The position numbers were made by a program, and so were the translations under genes. A stretch of DNA of 61,708 nt, filler included, from Chiloscyllium plagiosum (taxonomy: Eukaryota), in assembly GCF_004010195.1 (NCBI RefSeq). It is 5 parts of one record of this genome, joined end to end, with 100 filler letters (N's around TTAATTAATTAA, not from the genome) between each part and the next. Parts side by side here need not be neighbours in the genome. Positions count along the whole stretch, not along the records: positions 38,562 to 53,695 come from NC_057716.1; positions 53,796 to 61,708 come from NC_057716.1; 3 more parts are not named here. One strand, 5' to 3'. Under the pieces are notes generated by a model, which did not search any database, was not told where the DNA came from, and saw nothing but the letters and a program-made list of their open reading frames with translations. Positions 50,815 to 61,708 of this stretch are shown here, piece by piece; position 1 is the first letter of the stretch, and each line of letters opens with the position of its first letter.

Positions 50815-52260
50815 TTTGCTGCTATCAGAGATCTGTGGACAATCAACCCAAGATCTCTCTGATCCTCTGAGCATCCTAATGTCCCGCCATTCATCGAATA
50901 CTCCTTTGTCTTGTTATTTCTTCCAAAGTGGATTACCTCAAACTTATCAAGGCGAAATTCCACCTGAGGCTAATCTGTTCATCTGGCCAATCGTTGATAT
51001 GTTCCTGTAATCTAAGACTTTCTTCCTCACTATTAACCACCTGGCAAATCTTTGTGTTACCCGCAACTTACTTAACATCTCTCCCCCAACTTTCTCATCT
51101 ATATCATCTATATGTATCACCGACAATAAAGAACCCAGGACTATTCTTATGGTCTGTTATGGGACACTGGCCACCAGTCACATAAATAGCCTTCTACCAC
51201 CACTCCTATCATTAAGCATTTTTGGATTCATCTTGCAAAGTAATCCTGGATCCCATATGCTTACCTTCTTTATCGATCTCCCATGTGTGAACTCGTCAAA
51301 GGCTCCACTGAAATCCATATCAACTACATCAACCACACTACCCTCATCTATGCACCTGATCATGTTCTTGAAAAATTTAATCAAATTTGTTCAGAATGAC
51401 CTCCCTCTGACAAAGCTATGCTGACTACCCTTAAACAAACCTTGTCTCACAAAATTGAATCATTCCTTCCTTCTGAATTTTCTCCAATTATTTCCATACC
51501 ACTGATGAGAGACTCAATGGTCTGTAATTCCTTAGTTTATCCCTACCACCCTCCTTGAAAAGTAGAATCACATTAACTTTACTCCAGGCCTCTAGAGACT
51601 CCTCTGTTGCCACAGAGAAATTTTAAAAATTGGATCAGAGCCCCTGGAATTTCCTCCCTCCCCTCTCACACCAACCTAGGATACAACTCATCGAGACCTG
51701 CAGATGTTTTCCATTTTCAGCATGCCAAAATCTCCAGTAACTCTTCACTCCCTATGTAAATCTGCTCCAGAACCTCACAGACCCTCTCCAAATTACATTA
51801 CCTATATATTCCTGGTATGGAGGGATTGTCTTACAAAAGCTAAACAGGTTAGCACTCTACTCATTAGTTTAGAAGAATGAGTGGTGATCCAATTGATACA
51901 CATAGGATTCATAAAGGTCTTGACAGGGTAAATACCAGGATGTTTTCCCTCATGGAAGAGTCAAAGACCAGGCAGCATAGTCTCATAATTAAGGATTCCA
52001 ATTTAAGACTACATAAGGAGGAATTTCTTCTCCCAGAGGGTTAAAAGTACATGGAACTTGTTGCCACGGAGAGCTGTAGGGACAAAGTCCTTGAGTATAT
52101 TTAAGGCTGAGATAGATTCTCAATCAGTAGAGGAATCAAGAGTTATGTGAAAAGGGCAGGTAAGTGGAAGCAAGGATTGTCAGATCAGGTTTGATTCTAT
52201 TCAGTGGTGGAGCAGGCTCAAGGGCCCAACTAACAACTCCAGTTATTATTTCTTTTGGGC
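50815..52260. mobile_element. Older CR1 fragments (minus ~50815-51800; plus 3' end ~51810-52260)
   Basis: LIKFFKNMIRCIDEGSVVDVVDMDFSGAFDE, DKFEVIHFGRNN, EDQRDLGLIVHRSL. Confidence 0.7.
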
Positions 52261-52852
52261 TTATCAGCTTCAATCTTGTCAGATTGTGGAGTAGACTGAA
52301 TGGGCTGAATGGCTTGCCTCTGCTTCAATGTCCTCTGGTTAAGATGCTTGAAATTCTCCACGACAATCACCATTTCACCCATCACCTTAAATATACATTC
52401 CCTCTACCACCAACTTACAGTGGCAGCAATATGTACTATAAACAAGATACACCCACAGCATCTTCCAAACCTGCAGTCCTATACAAATTGCACCTGTAAA
52501 TACCCTTCTAAACCACACATCATACCAATATGGAATTACATCACTGTTCATTCATTGACACTGGGACAAAAACTTGCAACTATCTTGCTAACAATATTTT
52601 GGTTGTACGTACAAATGGCCTACAGCAATTCAAGAATGTTGGTCACCTCCAATTTCTCAAAAGAAATATAGGACTGGCAACAAACATTGGCCTTGTCAGA
52701 ATCTTATGAATTTCATGAAATAAAAAAAATGATTTGAGCAAGAAAATATGCCCATTTGTGTAGGATAGAAACACAGACACATTCAAAAAGATCTTGACAA
52801 GTTCAATCAATAGGTGCAGAAATGACACATTTTAGTTAAACAGAAGAATATA

Positions 52853-52854
<2 letters not shown>

Positions 52855-52891
<37 letters not shown>

Positions 52892-52897
52892 TATAAA
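52855..52897. repeat. (TA)n microsatellite
   Basis: Visible directly in the sequence. Confidence 0.95.
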
Positions 52898-53005
52898 ATA
52901 TAATTTGATAGAGGCTGGATATGAATTACATAACAAATGCAAATTTGCATGAGACATCAGAACAGAAGAGAAATTGAGCATTTTAGTGGCCTTGGTTACC
53001 ATTCA

Positions 53006-53101
53006 GGAAAAAGTAAGGACTGCAGATGCTGAGAATAGAGTCAGAGTTTGGTGCTGGAAAAGCACAGCTGGTCAGGCAGCATCCGAGGAGCAGGAAAATC
53101 G
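53006..53101 (-). mobile_element. PLE family 1 terminal fragment lacking the HHR core
   Basis: gactgcagatgctg...caggcagcatccgaggagcaggaaaatcg; homology stops there. Confidence 0.75.
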
Positions 53102-53507
53102 TCTCTTTATTTTACCTGTTTTAAGGAAAGTTTCTCAAGTCTTTTAGGAATTTAAGCATCACACCCTTGGTATTATTCTAACTCTCTTGCACAGCTTCTT
53201 CAAGATCTTGAAAACTTTATTAGTCTAGTGCCCAGAGAACACAATATCATAGACAAGATCTAACCAGGGATTTATAAATACTTAGCAAACATTCCTCACT
53301 TTTGTACTCGATAGGCTAAAACTTCATCTTCAGTCACAGAAGTCAGAATTCACAACCTTTCAGAGATCCAGTCCCCATAGAAAGGTGGTAAACTTCATGC
53401 TGTCTCTTCATTTAATGGACAATAATGCTGGGCAGAATAGGGCCTGTTAGATTGCTGATTGAACATTCAGCAAGAGCCAAACAGCATGTGATGGAGTTCC
53501 TTTTAAA

Positions 53508-53695
53508 GGTAAAAACAATGACTGCAGATGCTGGAAACCAGATTCTGGATTAGTGGTGCTGGAAGAGCACAGCAGTTCAGGCAGCATCCGAGGAGCAGAA
53601 AAAGCCCTTCATCAGGAATAAAGGCAGAGAGCCTGAAGCGCGGAGAGATAAGCTAGAGGAGGGTGGGGGTGGGGAGAAAGTAGCATAGAGTACAA
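53508..53695 (-). mobile_element. PLE family 1 terminal repeat with a deletion through the HHR
   Basis: Near-identical to 5331-5536 but lacks the aatcgacgtttcgggc segment. Confidence 0.82.
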
Positions 53696-53795
53696 NNNNN
53701 NNNNNNNNNNNNNNNNNNNNNNNNNNNNNNNNNNNNNNNTTAATTAATTAANNNNNNNNNNNNNNNNNNNNNNNNNNNNNNNNNNNNNNNNNNNN
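53696..53795. other. Artificial contig spacer
   Basis: N44-TTAATTAATTAA-N44. Confidence 0.95.
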
Positions 53796-56212
53796 AGTCA
53801 CCGTGCCACCCCATCACTGAGACAACGTGCCCTCCCATCACTGAGTCACCGTGCCGCCCAATCACTGAGTCATCTTGTCCCCCATCACTGAGTCACTGTG
53901 TCCCCATCACTGAGTCACCATTCCCTCATCACTGTGCCACCATGCCACCCCATCACTGAGTCACCATGCCCCCGTCACTGAGTCACCGTGCTCCCCATCA
54001 CTGAGTCGCCATGCTCCCATCACTGAGACACCGTGCACCCCATCACTGAGTCATCGTGCCACCCCATCACTGAGTCACCATGCCCCCATCACTGTGTCAC
54101 CGTGCCACCCCATCACTGAGTCACCGTGACCCCATCACTGTGGCACTGTGCCCCCATCACTGAGTCACCATGTCCCCCATCACTGAGTCACTGTGCACCC
54201 CATCACTGTGTCACCGTGTCCCCATCACTGAGTCACCATGTCCCCATCACTGTGTCACCGTGCCCCCATCACTGAGTCACCGTGCCACCCCATCACTGAG
54301 TCATCGTGCCGCGCTATCACTGAGTCACCGTGACCTCCATTACTGAGTCACCATGCCACCCCGTCACTGAGTCACCCTGAACGCCATCACTTAGTCACCG
54401 TGCCACCCCATCACTGAGTCACCGTGCACCCGCTCTCTGAGTCACTGTGCCCCCTATCACTGAGTCACCCTGCCTCCATCACTGAGTCACCGTGAACCCC
54501 ATCACTGCGTCACCATGCCCCATCACTGAGTCTTCTTGTCCCCCATCACTGAGTCACCATGCCCCCATCACTGAGTCACCGTGCCACCCCATCACTCAGT
54601 CACCGTGCCACCCCATCACTGAGACAACGTGCCCTCCCATCACTGAGTCACCGTGCCGCCCAATCACTGAGTCATCTTGTCCCCCATCACTGAGTCACTG
54701 TGTCCCCATCACTGAGTCACCATTCCCTCATCACTGTGCCACCATGCCACCCCATCACTGAGTCACCATGCCCCCGTCACTGAGTCACCGTGCTCCCCAT
54801 CACTGAGTCGCCATGCTCCCATCACTGAGACACCGTGCACCCCATCACTGAGTCATCGTGCCACCCCATCACTGAGTCACCATGCCCCCTCCATCACTGA
54901 GTCACCGTGCCCCCATCACTGAATCACCATGCCCCCATCACTGTGTCTCTGTTCCCCCATCACTGAGTCATCGTGCCACCCCATCATTGTGTCACCGTGC
55001 ACCCCATCACTGAGTCACCATGTGGCCCCATCACTGAGTCACCGTGCCCCCACCACTGAGTCACCGTGACACCCCATCACTGAGTCACCGTGCTCCCATC
55101 ACTGAGTCACTGTGCCCTCCATCACGGAGTCATCGTGCCTCCCCCATCACTGAGTCACTGTGCCCCCAACACTGAGTCACTGTGTCCCCCATCACTGAAT
55201 CACCATGCCCCCATCACTTTGTCACCATGACTCCATCAGTGATTCACACCGTGTCCCCATCACTGAGTCACCGTGTCCCCATCACTGTTTCACCGTGTCC
55301 CCCATCAGTGAGTCACTGTGCCCCCATCACTGAATCACCGTGTCCCCATCACTGAGTCACCGTACCCCCATCACTGTGTCACCGTGTCCCCCATCAGTGA
55401 GTCACTGTGCCCCCATCACTGAATCACCGTGTCCCCATCACTGAGTCACCGTGTCCCCATCACTGTTTCACCGTGTCCCCCATCAGTGAGTCACTGTGCC
55501 CCCATCACTGAATCACCGTGTCCCCATCACTGAGTCACCGTGTCCCCATCACTGTTTCACCGTGTCCCCCATCAGTGAGTCACTGTGCCCCCATCACTGA
55601 ATCACCGTGTCCCCATCACTGAGTCACCGTGTCCCCATCACTGTTTCACCGTGTCCCCCATCAGTGAGTCACTGTGCCCCCATCACTGAATCACCGTGTC
55701 CCCATCACTGAGTCACCGTACCCCCATCACTGTGTTACTGTATCCCCTGTCACTGCGTCACCGTGCCCCATCACTGAGTCGCCGTGCCCCCATCACTGTT
55801 TCACCGTGTCCCTAATCACTGAGTCGCTGTGCCCCCNNNNNNNNNNNNNNNNNTCACCGTGCCACCCCATCACTGAGTCACCGTGCCCCCATCACTGAGT
55901 CACCATGCCCCGTCACTGAGTCACTGTGCTACCCCATCACTGAGTCACCGTGTCCCCCATCACTGAGTCACCGTGCCCCCATCACTGAGTCACTGTGCCG
56001 CGCCATCATTGTGTCACCGTGCACCCCATCACTGAGTCACCGTGTCTCCCCATCACTGAGTCACCGTGCCCCCATCACTGTGTCACTGTGCCCACATCAC
56101 TGAGTCATTGTGCCCCCATCACTGTGTCACCATGCCACTCCATCACTGTGTCACCGTACCCCCCCCATCACTGTGTCACCGTGCCACCCCATCACTGAGT
56201 CACCGTACTGCC
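53796..56212. repeat. ~22-25-bp minisatellite array, consensus CCCCATCACTGAGTCACCGTG(C/T)
   Basis: About 100 head-to-tail units, estimated from array length; higher-order duplications visible. Confidence 0.97.
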
Positions 56213-56954
56213 CCTAAGAGCTTCCAACTAAACCTGTTATGGGGCAGGATCTTTATGAAAGAGATTAAAGCCTCTGCTCTGTCCTCACATTGGCGGAACT
56301 GATTGTTATTCTTGGCACTGTCTAATCTGAGAAATTCGGCTCTCTCTATATTGTTCCCTGATTTCCACAAAGTCCATATTGCTGCAGGCTGTGTAAAATG
56401 CTGAAACGTTGCATCGCCTTGGATATGGCATCACTGCTTTGCACTAAGTGCTATAAAATGCCCAATTTAATGAAAAATAAACACTTGCATTTGCACAGTC
56501 TAATCAAGTCGCCACAACACCTGAAATCGTTTCTCATAATACATTTTCCCTGGAGTGCAACGCTTGCTGTGGGAGAAGTTTAATCTAGGGTTTGCACTTA
56601 CTGACAGTGGAAATCCCACCAGAAAGCCATCAGAAATCTTTTACACGAAGTAAAGGGCGTGTTAAAGTACTATCCACTCAGCTTTGAGTCATTTTCCTTC
56701 TTAATGCAAAACGATCTCATGAAATTCTGTTCCCCTGATTTTGCATGGCTTGTGCACATGCCTCTCTGGACTCTTAAGGATTTTAAATGCTTTTTCTCCT
56801 GGTGAATCTCTAAAATCATGACTCACTGTGCTCCACCAGACCAAAGCAGTTGGGGACAGTGTTCTGGATCTTTACGCTGCACCTAATTCGTGTCATACCA
56901 AAGCAAACAGTGTTTATCTGGTCAGTATAAAAGGAGGTGCACTCCATTCTTGAG

Positions 56955-57143
56955 TTGGATTTGGCGCTGCCAGTGTTGGACTGGGGTGTACAAAGTTAAA
57001 AATCACACAACGCCAGGTTATAGTCCAACAGGTTTAATTGGAAACACTAGCTTTCAGAGCGCTGCTGTGAAGGAGCGTCGCTCCGAAAGCTAGTGCTTCC
57101 AATTAAACCTGTTGGACTATAACCTGGTGTTGTGTGATTTTTA
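56955..57143. mobile_element. PLE family 2 compact inverted-repeat insertion
   Basis: ~65-bp inverted arms; TSD actccattcttgag 56941-56954 / actccttttttgag 57144-57157. Confidence 0.8.
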
Positions 57144-57567
57144 ACTCCTTTTTTGAGGGCATGCTGTACAGCACATAGGAAGATATCAATGAGCACAGGG
57201 TAGTGAGAGTTGGATTCTGCATCTAACCCCATACCGTTTCTGTCATGAGAGTGTTTGATGGGGATAGTGTAGCAGTAGCTATACTCTGTATCTCATCCCA
57301 TGCTGTACCTGTCCTGGAAGTGTTTGATTGGGACAGTGATTTGATTTGATTTATCATTGTCACTTGTACTGAGACATAGTGAATAGTATTGTTTTCCATG
57401 CTAACTAAACAAATCATGCTTCACTTAAGTACATCAGGGTAATAGAACGGAATGCAGAATGTAGTGTTACAGCTACAGAGAAGGTGCAGAGAAAGATCAA
57501 CTTTAATGTATGAAATGTCTGTTCAAAGGTCAAGAGTGTGGTGCTAGAAAAGCATCAGCACAGGGTG

Positions 57568-57957
57568 CGGGTGTGATGGCTCAATGGTTAGCACTCCTGC
57601 CTTGCAGCACCAGGGACTTAGGTTCAATCCCTGCCTTGGGCCACTGTCTGTGTGGTGTTTGCATGTTCTCCCTGTGTCTGTCTGGGTTTCCTTTGGGTGC
57701 TCTGACTTCCCCCCACAATCTGGTGAATTGACCATGCTAAATTGCCCATACTGATTCCTGAAGAAGGGCTTATGCCCGAAACGTCGATTCTCCTGTTCCC
57801 TGGATGCTGCCTGACCTGCTGCACTTTTCCAGCAACACATTTTCAGCTCATACTGTTAGGTACATTAGTCATAGGTCTGGGTGAGTTGCTCTTTTGGAGA
57901 GTTGGTGTGGACTTGCTGGGCTGAAGGGCCTGTTCCCATATTCTTGGGAATCTAATC
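57568..57957 (+). mobile_element. HE1-type V-SINE interrupted by a 95-bp HHR unit
   Basis: Head and V-domain up to 57753; tail resumes at 57849. Confidence 0.87.
57754..57848 (+). ncRNA. Solo HHR-containing PLE unit
   Basis: AUUC-CUGAAGA-A-GGGC(UUAU)GCCC-GAAA-CGUC^GAUU; TSD catactg 57747-57753 / 57849-57855. Confidence 0.75.
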
Positions 57958-58059
57958 AAAAAAATAACAGCACAGCAAGTCAGGCAGCATCCAAGGAGCA
58001 AGAGAATCGATGTTTCAGACGTGAGCCCTGCATCAGAAGCTGACAACAAAGGGGAAGAA

Positions 58060-59310
58060 GGTGTTCTTTGAATTTGTTGGTACTTGTTTTCAAATGTTTG
58101 CATCTTCTGGAAGACGGTGGAAGAGAGTATAAGCATGATGGAGTGACCTTTGATTGTATTGGGTGCTTTCCCAAGGCAGCACAAAGTATAGAGTCAATGG
58201 ATGGGGAAGGCTGGTTTGTGTGATGGTCTGGGCTGTGTTCACAACACTCAGTAATATTTTCCAGTCTTGGGCGGAGCAGTGGCCAAACCAAGCTGTGATG
58301 TGTCTGGATAAGATGCTTTCTACCAATATATAAATATTGGTAAGCGTCGTTGTGGACATGCTGAATTTCTTTATCCTTCTGAGGACATAAAGGCATTGGC
58401 GTGCTTACTTGACTATAAAGTCAACATGGATGGTTCAGGGCAGATTGTGGGTGACATTTACTCCAAGGAATTTGAAGCTCTCAACCATAAGACCATAAGA
58501 CCATAAGACATAGGAGTGGAAGTAAGGCCATTCGGCCCATCAAGTCCACTCCGCCATTCAATCATGGCTGATGCGCATTTCAGCTCCACTTACCAGCGTT
58601 CTCCCCGTAGCCCTTAATTCCATCACCATCTCAGCACCACTGACACAGACAGGGATGTGCCTTCCACTCTGCTTCCTGGAGTCATGACCAGCTCCTTTGA
58701 TTTGCCAACATTAAGGGAGAGATTGCTCCATGCCGCTAAGCTCTCTATCTCTTCCCTGCAAGCTACCTCATTGTTGTTCGAGATGTGACCCACTACAGTG
58801 GTGTCATCAGCGATCCTGTAAATGGAGTTAGAGCAAACATTGACCACACAGTTGAGTGTGTAGAAGGAGCACAGTAGGGGGCTGTGTACGTAGCCTTGTG
58901 GGATCCCGCTGTTGGGGATTACCATGGAGGGGCTGTTGTGCCACTGCTTACTGATTGCAGTCTGCGGGTCAGGAAGTCGAGGATCCAATCGTAGGGGGTG
59001 GAGGCAGAGTCCGAGGTCTCAGAGTCTGGAGACGGGCTTGGTTGGAATTATGGCATTGAAGACAAAGCTAAAGTCAATAAATAAAAGTCTGATCTCGGTG
59101 TCTGTATTATTCATCCATTCCAGGGATGAGCGTTGGGCCAGGGAGATGGCGTCTGTTGTGGACATGTTGCGATGGTAGGCTGATTGTAGGCAATTCAAGG
59201 CAATCTGGGAGGCTGGAGTTGATGTGTGCCGTTACTAACCTCTCGAAGCCCCTCATAATGATGAATGTCAGAGCCACCGGGTGGAATGCATCAAGGCGTG
59301 CTTCCTGATT
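58060..59310 (-). mobile_element. Rex1/Babar-clade LINE RT fragment with a nested CR1 tail (~58485-58620)
   Basis: PVALTFIIMRGFERLVTAHINSSLP, NSGIPQGYVHSPLLCSFYTLNCV, IADDTTVVGHISNNNE, NLSLNVGKSKELV, VESILSRHITAWFGHCSAQD. Confidence 0.82.
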
Positions 59311-60129
59311 TTTCTTTGTAATGAGTGTTCTACTCAGTGTCAAACCCCATGCTGTGCCTGTAACTCAGTCAAAATAAATTTCACTGGCCCCACTTTAATC
59401 AATGGATAAAAAGTCACCAAATGAAGGAAAGGGAAAAGTTGCAAAAGCAGATGAGATCACTGAGAGACCTTGAGGAATCACTGGGAGACCTTACGAGGAG
59501 GTAACTGAGAGACCTGGTGACAAAATCATTGAGATCTTGTTAGAATGAAACAGTTCATTGCATTGGAGACAATTTCTACATCTGCTGGTTCAGAACCACA
59601 TTGTTAAATTTAATGGGGATAAGTCTTTAACCCGTGTGAAGTTCAGTTTAAAATCTCAGAACTGGAGTATTAGGAAGCCTCTTGTTGCATCCTTGCCAAT
59701 TGAAAGCTTTCGACTTGATCTGGTTAGAAATATTGTTAGTGACTGAAGGCAGGGCTGCAGTTTTCACTGAGGAGAAGTAAGCACTTCCGAATGTTATTAG
59801 TGTTGATACTAATGCATGTTGGCATGTAGATGCAGAAAAACCCTTTCCTTTGATGGTTTTGTGAGAAATTATAATTAGAAGTTATGAACAGTACATCAAA
59901 TCCACTCCGTTTTTCACTGGATGTAATTTATAATTAGTGGGGAAGTGGTTTACAAATAAAGGTTTGGCTTTAAAGCCAATATTACAACGAAGGCTATGGG
60001 AATTGGGGAGATGGTGGTGTTGTAGCAATGTCACTAGATGTGATATTCAGCTCCTGCACAGGGTTCGAGTTCGTGAGGGAATGGGGAATAGAAAAGTAGA
60101 CTAAGTTCCTGAAATGGGGCAGGTCTCCA

Positions 60130-60486
60130 TGGGTTGCATGGTGGCTCAGTGGTTAGCACTGCTGTCTCACAAAGCCAGACACCTGGGTTCGATTCCAACC
60201 TTGGGCGACTGTCTGTGTGGAGTTTGCACATTCTCCCCCGTGTCTGTGTGGGTTTCCTCTGAGTGCTCTGGTTTCCTCCCTTCCTCTCACAGTCCAAAGA
60301 TGTGCAGGTTTGGTGGATTGACCATGCTCAATTGTCTGTCATGTCCAGAGATGTGCAGGTTTGGTGGATTAGCCACAAGGAGTGCAGGATTACGTGGATG
60401 GGGTGGCTCTGAGTGGGATGCTGTTCGGAGAGTTTGTGTGGATTTGATGGGCTGAATGGCCTGCTCCACACTGTAGGGATTCTATG
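60130..60486 (+). mobile_element. HE1-type V-SINE
   Basis: gtggctcagtggttagcact, ggttcgattcc, V-domain and tail. Confidence 0.9.
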
Positions 60487-61035
60487 AGTTAGAATTGAAG
60501 GAGACCTGCATGATATATCAACACCAGCATAGATTGGTTGGGCCTAATGGCCCATTTCTATGCTGTGTATTTTGCTTAATACATTTCAGAAAGCTTTGGG
60601 ATTTGTTGCGAATGTGAAAGGCTGTATAGGAATTAATGTCCCCTCTAACACTTTGCTTGCTGTGACTATTTGTCGGTATCATTCCCTGCCCTTTATGGGC
60701 AGGAGCAACATACAGAAAAGAAAAGAGACCATTTGGCCTGCTGTTGTTTCTGTTCCAACTCTCTGACAGTGCTCGCCAATGTTCTCAGCTCCCTGCTCTA
60801 ACCTTTTAGCCCAGCATTTCTATTTCCTTTTAATTAGCAGCATTTGATCACCGACAAGAAATTTGCCATTTTTTGAAGTTTGAAGAGTTGTACATTTCGA
60901 TTCATCTTTGCTTCAAATTGAAAGCATTGACTAAGGAATGCATTATGATTTGTTGCATATAGCAATAAATAAAAAGTCTCTCCCATTCCTGGACCAGTGC
61001 TGAGGAAGCTCTAGTTTGAGGGACATAGCAAATAG

Positions 61036-61173
61036 GAGAAAGAGAGGACTGCAGATGCTGGAGATCAGAGCTAAAAATGTGTTGCTGGAAAAGCGCAGCA
61101 GGTCAGGCAGCATCCAAGGAGCAGGAGAATCGACGTTTCGGGCATGAGCCCTTCTTCAGGAATTCCATTTTCA
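61036..61173 (-). ncRNA. Solo PLE family 1 unit with intact HHR (61127-61163)
   Basis: Minus strand: AUUC-CUGAAGA-A-GGGC(UCAU)GCCC-GAAA-CGUC^GAUU; imperfect TSD ggacatagcaaatag 61021-61035 / ggacatagaaaaaag 61174-61188. Confidence 0.75.
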
Positions 61174-61569
61174 GGACATAGAAAAAAGCCTGATCTGCCC
61201 ACCCTGACCCTATAGAGCACAATACTCAGCTACAAAGTATGGCTACAGTCTCTTGTGTTACCAACAGTCAGAGACAGGCAGGGAGGTAATAAATGTATTC
61301 GTTATTGAGCGAATATAACAACCTCACAGGCAACTTGCAAGAGGGTTGCATATCATAACTATACGTCAGGTTTCTCTGGGCTGTCACCCATAGGGGGCAG
61401 AGTTAAAGCTGACACAATTCTCACAGAAAAGCAATATTGATCAAATATACAACTTTTGAAGGATGCTGTCACTTTACCCTGGGGCTGCTACAGTAATACT
61501 GCAGACACTCATGATTAAAAAGCGATAGAATTCGGAAACAATGCTTCATAACCAATCACATTGCACAAG

Positions 61570-61708
61570 AAAGAGTAGTAGAGAGTGAGACAGGAGAGAG
61601 AAGGAAAGTGAGATGGGAGAGAAAAGCACTGTGAGACAAAAGAGAGAACGAGAGTGAGACGGGAGAGAGGAGGAGAGTGGGAAGGGAGAGAGGAGGAGAG
61701 TGAGACAG
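61570..61708. repeat. GA-rich low-complexity repeat
   Basis: Visible directly in the sequence. Confidence 0.85.

Noticed and set aside
52991..53006. Possible end of the upstream SPAG16 exon (...GAA TG|gtaacc)
   Set aside because: The sequence immediately 5' on the minus strand is a PLE repeat, not the expected LDCFQxE coding sequence.
53796..56212. CRISPR-like array, or Cys/His/Pro-rich protein ORFs (PITESPC repeats)
   Set aside because: Units are head-to-tail with no unique spacers, there are no cas genes and the context is eukaryotic; the ORFs are translations of the satellite.
74..60766. Remaining short ORFs in the supplied track as genes
   Set aside because: They are antisense or off-frame translations of repeats, or chance ORFs without homology or splice support.

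Overview
Vertebrate genomic DNA, almost certainly elasmobranch (shark): it has 12 HE1-type V-SINE copies plus CR1/HER1-type LINE tails. It is not one continuous locus. Four identical artificial 100-bp spacers (N44-TTAATTAATTAA-N44) split it into five pieces: 1-16459, 16560-24142, 24243-38461, 38562-53695 and 53796-61708. The only host gene I recognise is SPAG16/PF20, as two minus-strand coding exons (47618-47755 and 47406-47513) with canonical splice sites. The rest is mostly decayed mobile DNA: a Ty3/Gypsy provirus (6808-14103), CR1, L1, Tx1 and Rex/Babar LINE pieces, three Penelope-like element (PLE) families, SINEs, a retroviral env relic, a probable Harbinger Myb/SANT relic and a ~23-bp minisatellite. 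Two signals stand out. (1) Both LTRs of the Gypsy element are interrupted at the same nucleotide (after CAGGAGAT) by two different, apparently independent Tx1-like insertions with target-site duplications (TSDs), suggesting an LTR-targeting Tx1 lineage. (2) All three PLE families carry minimal hammerhead ribozyme (HHR) motifs with covarying helices, and these spread as small TSD-flanked hairpin-shaped or solo units. All family assignments come from motif recognition by eye, not database searches. Repeat boundaries are approximate unless a TSD is quoted.
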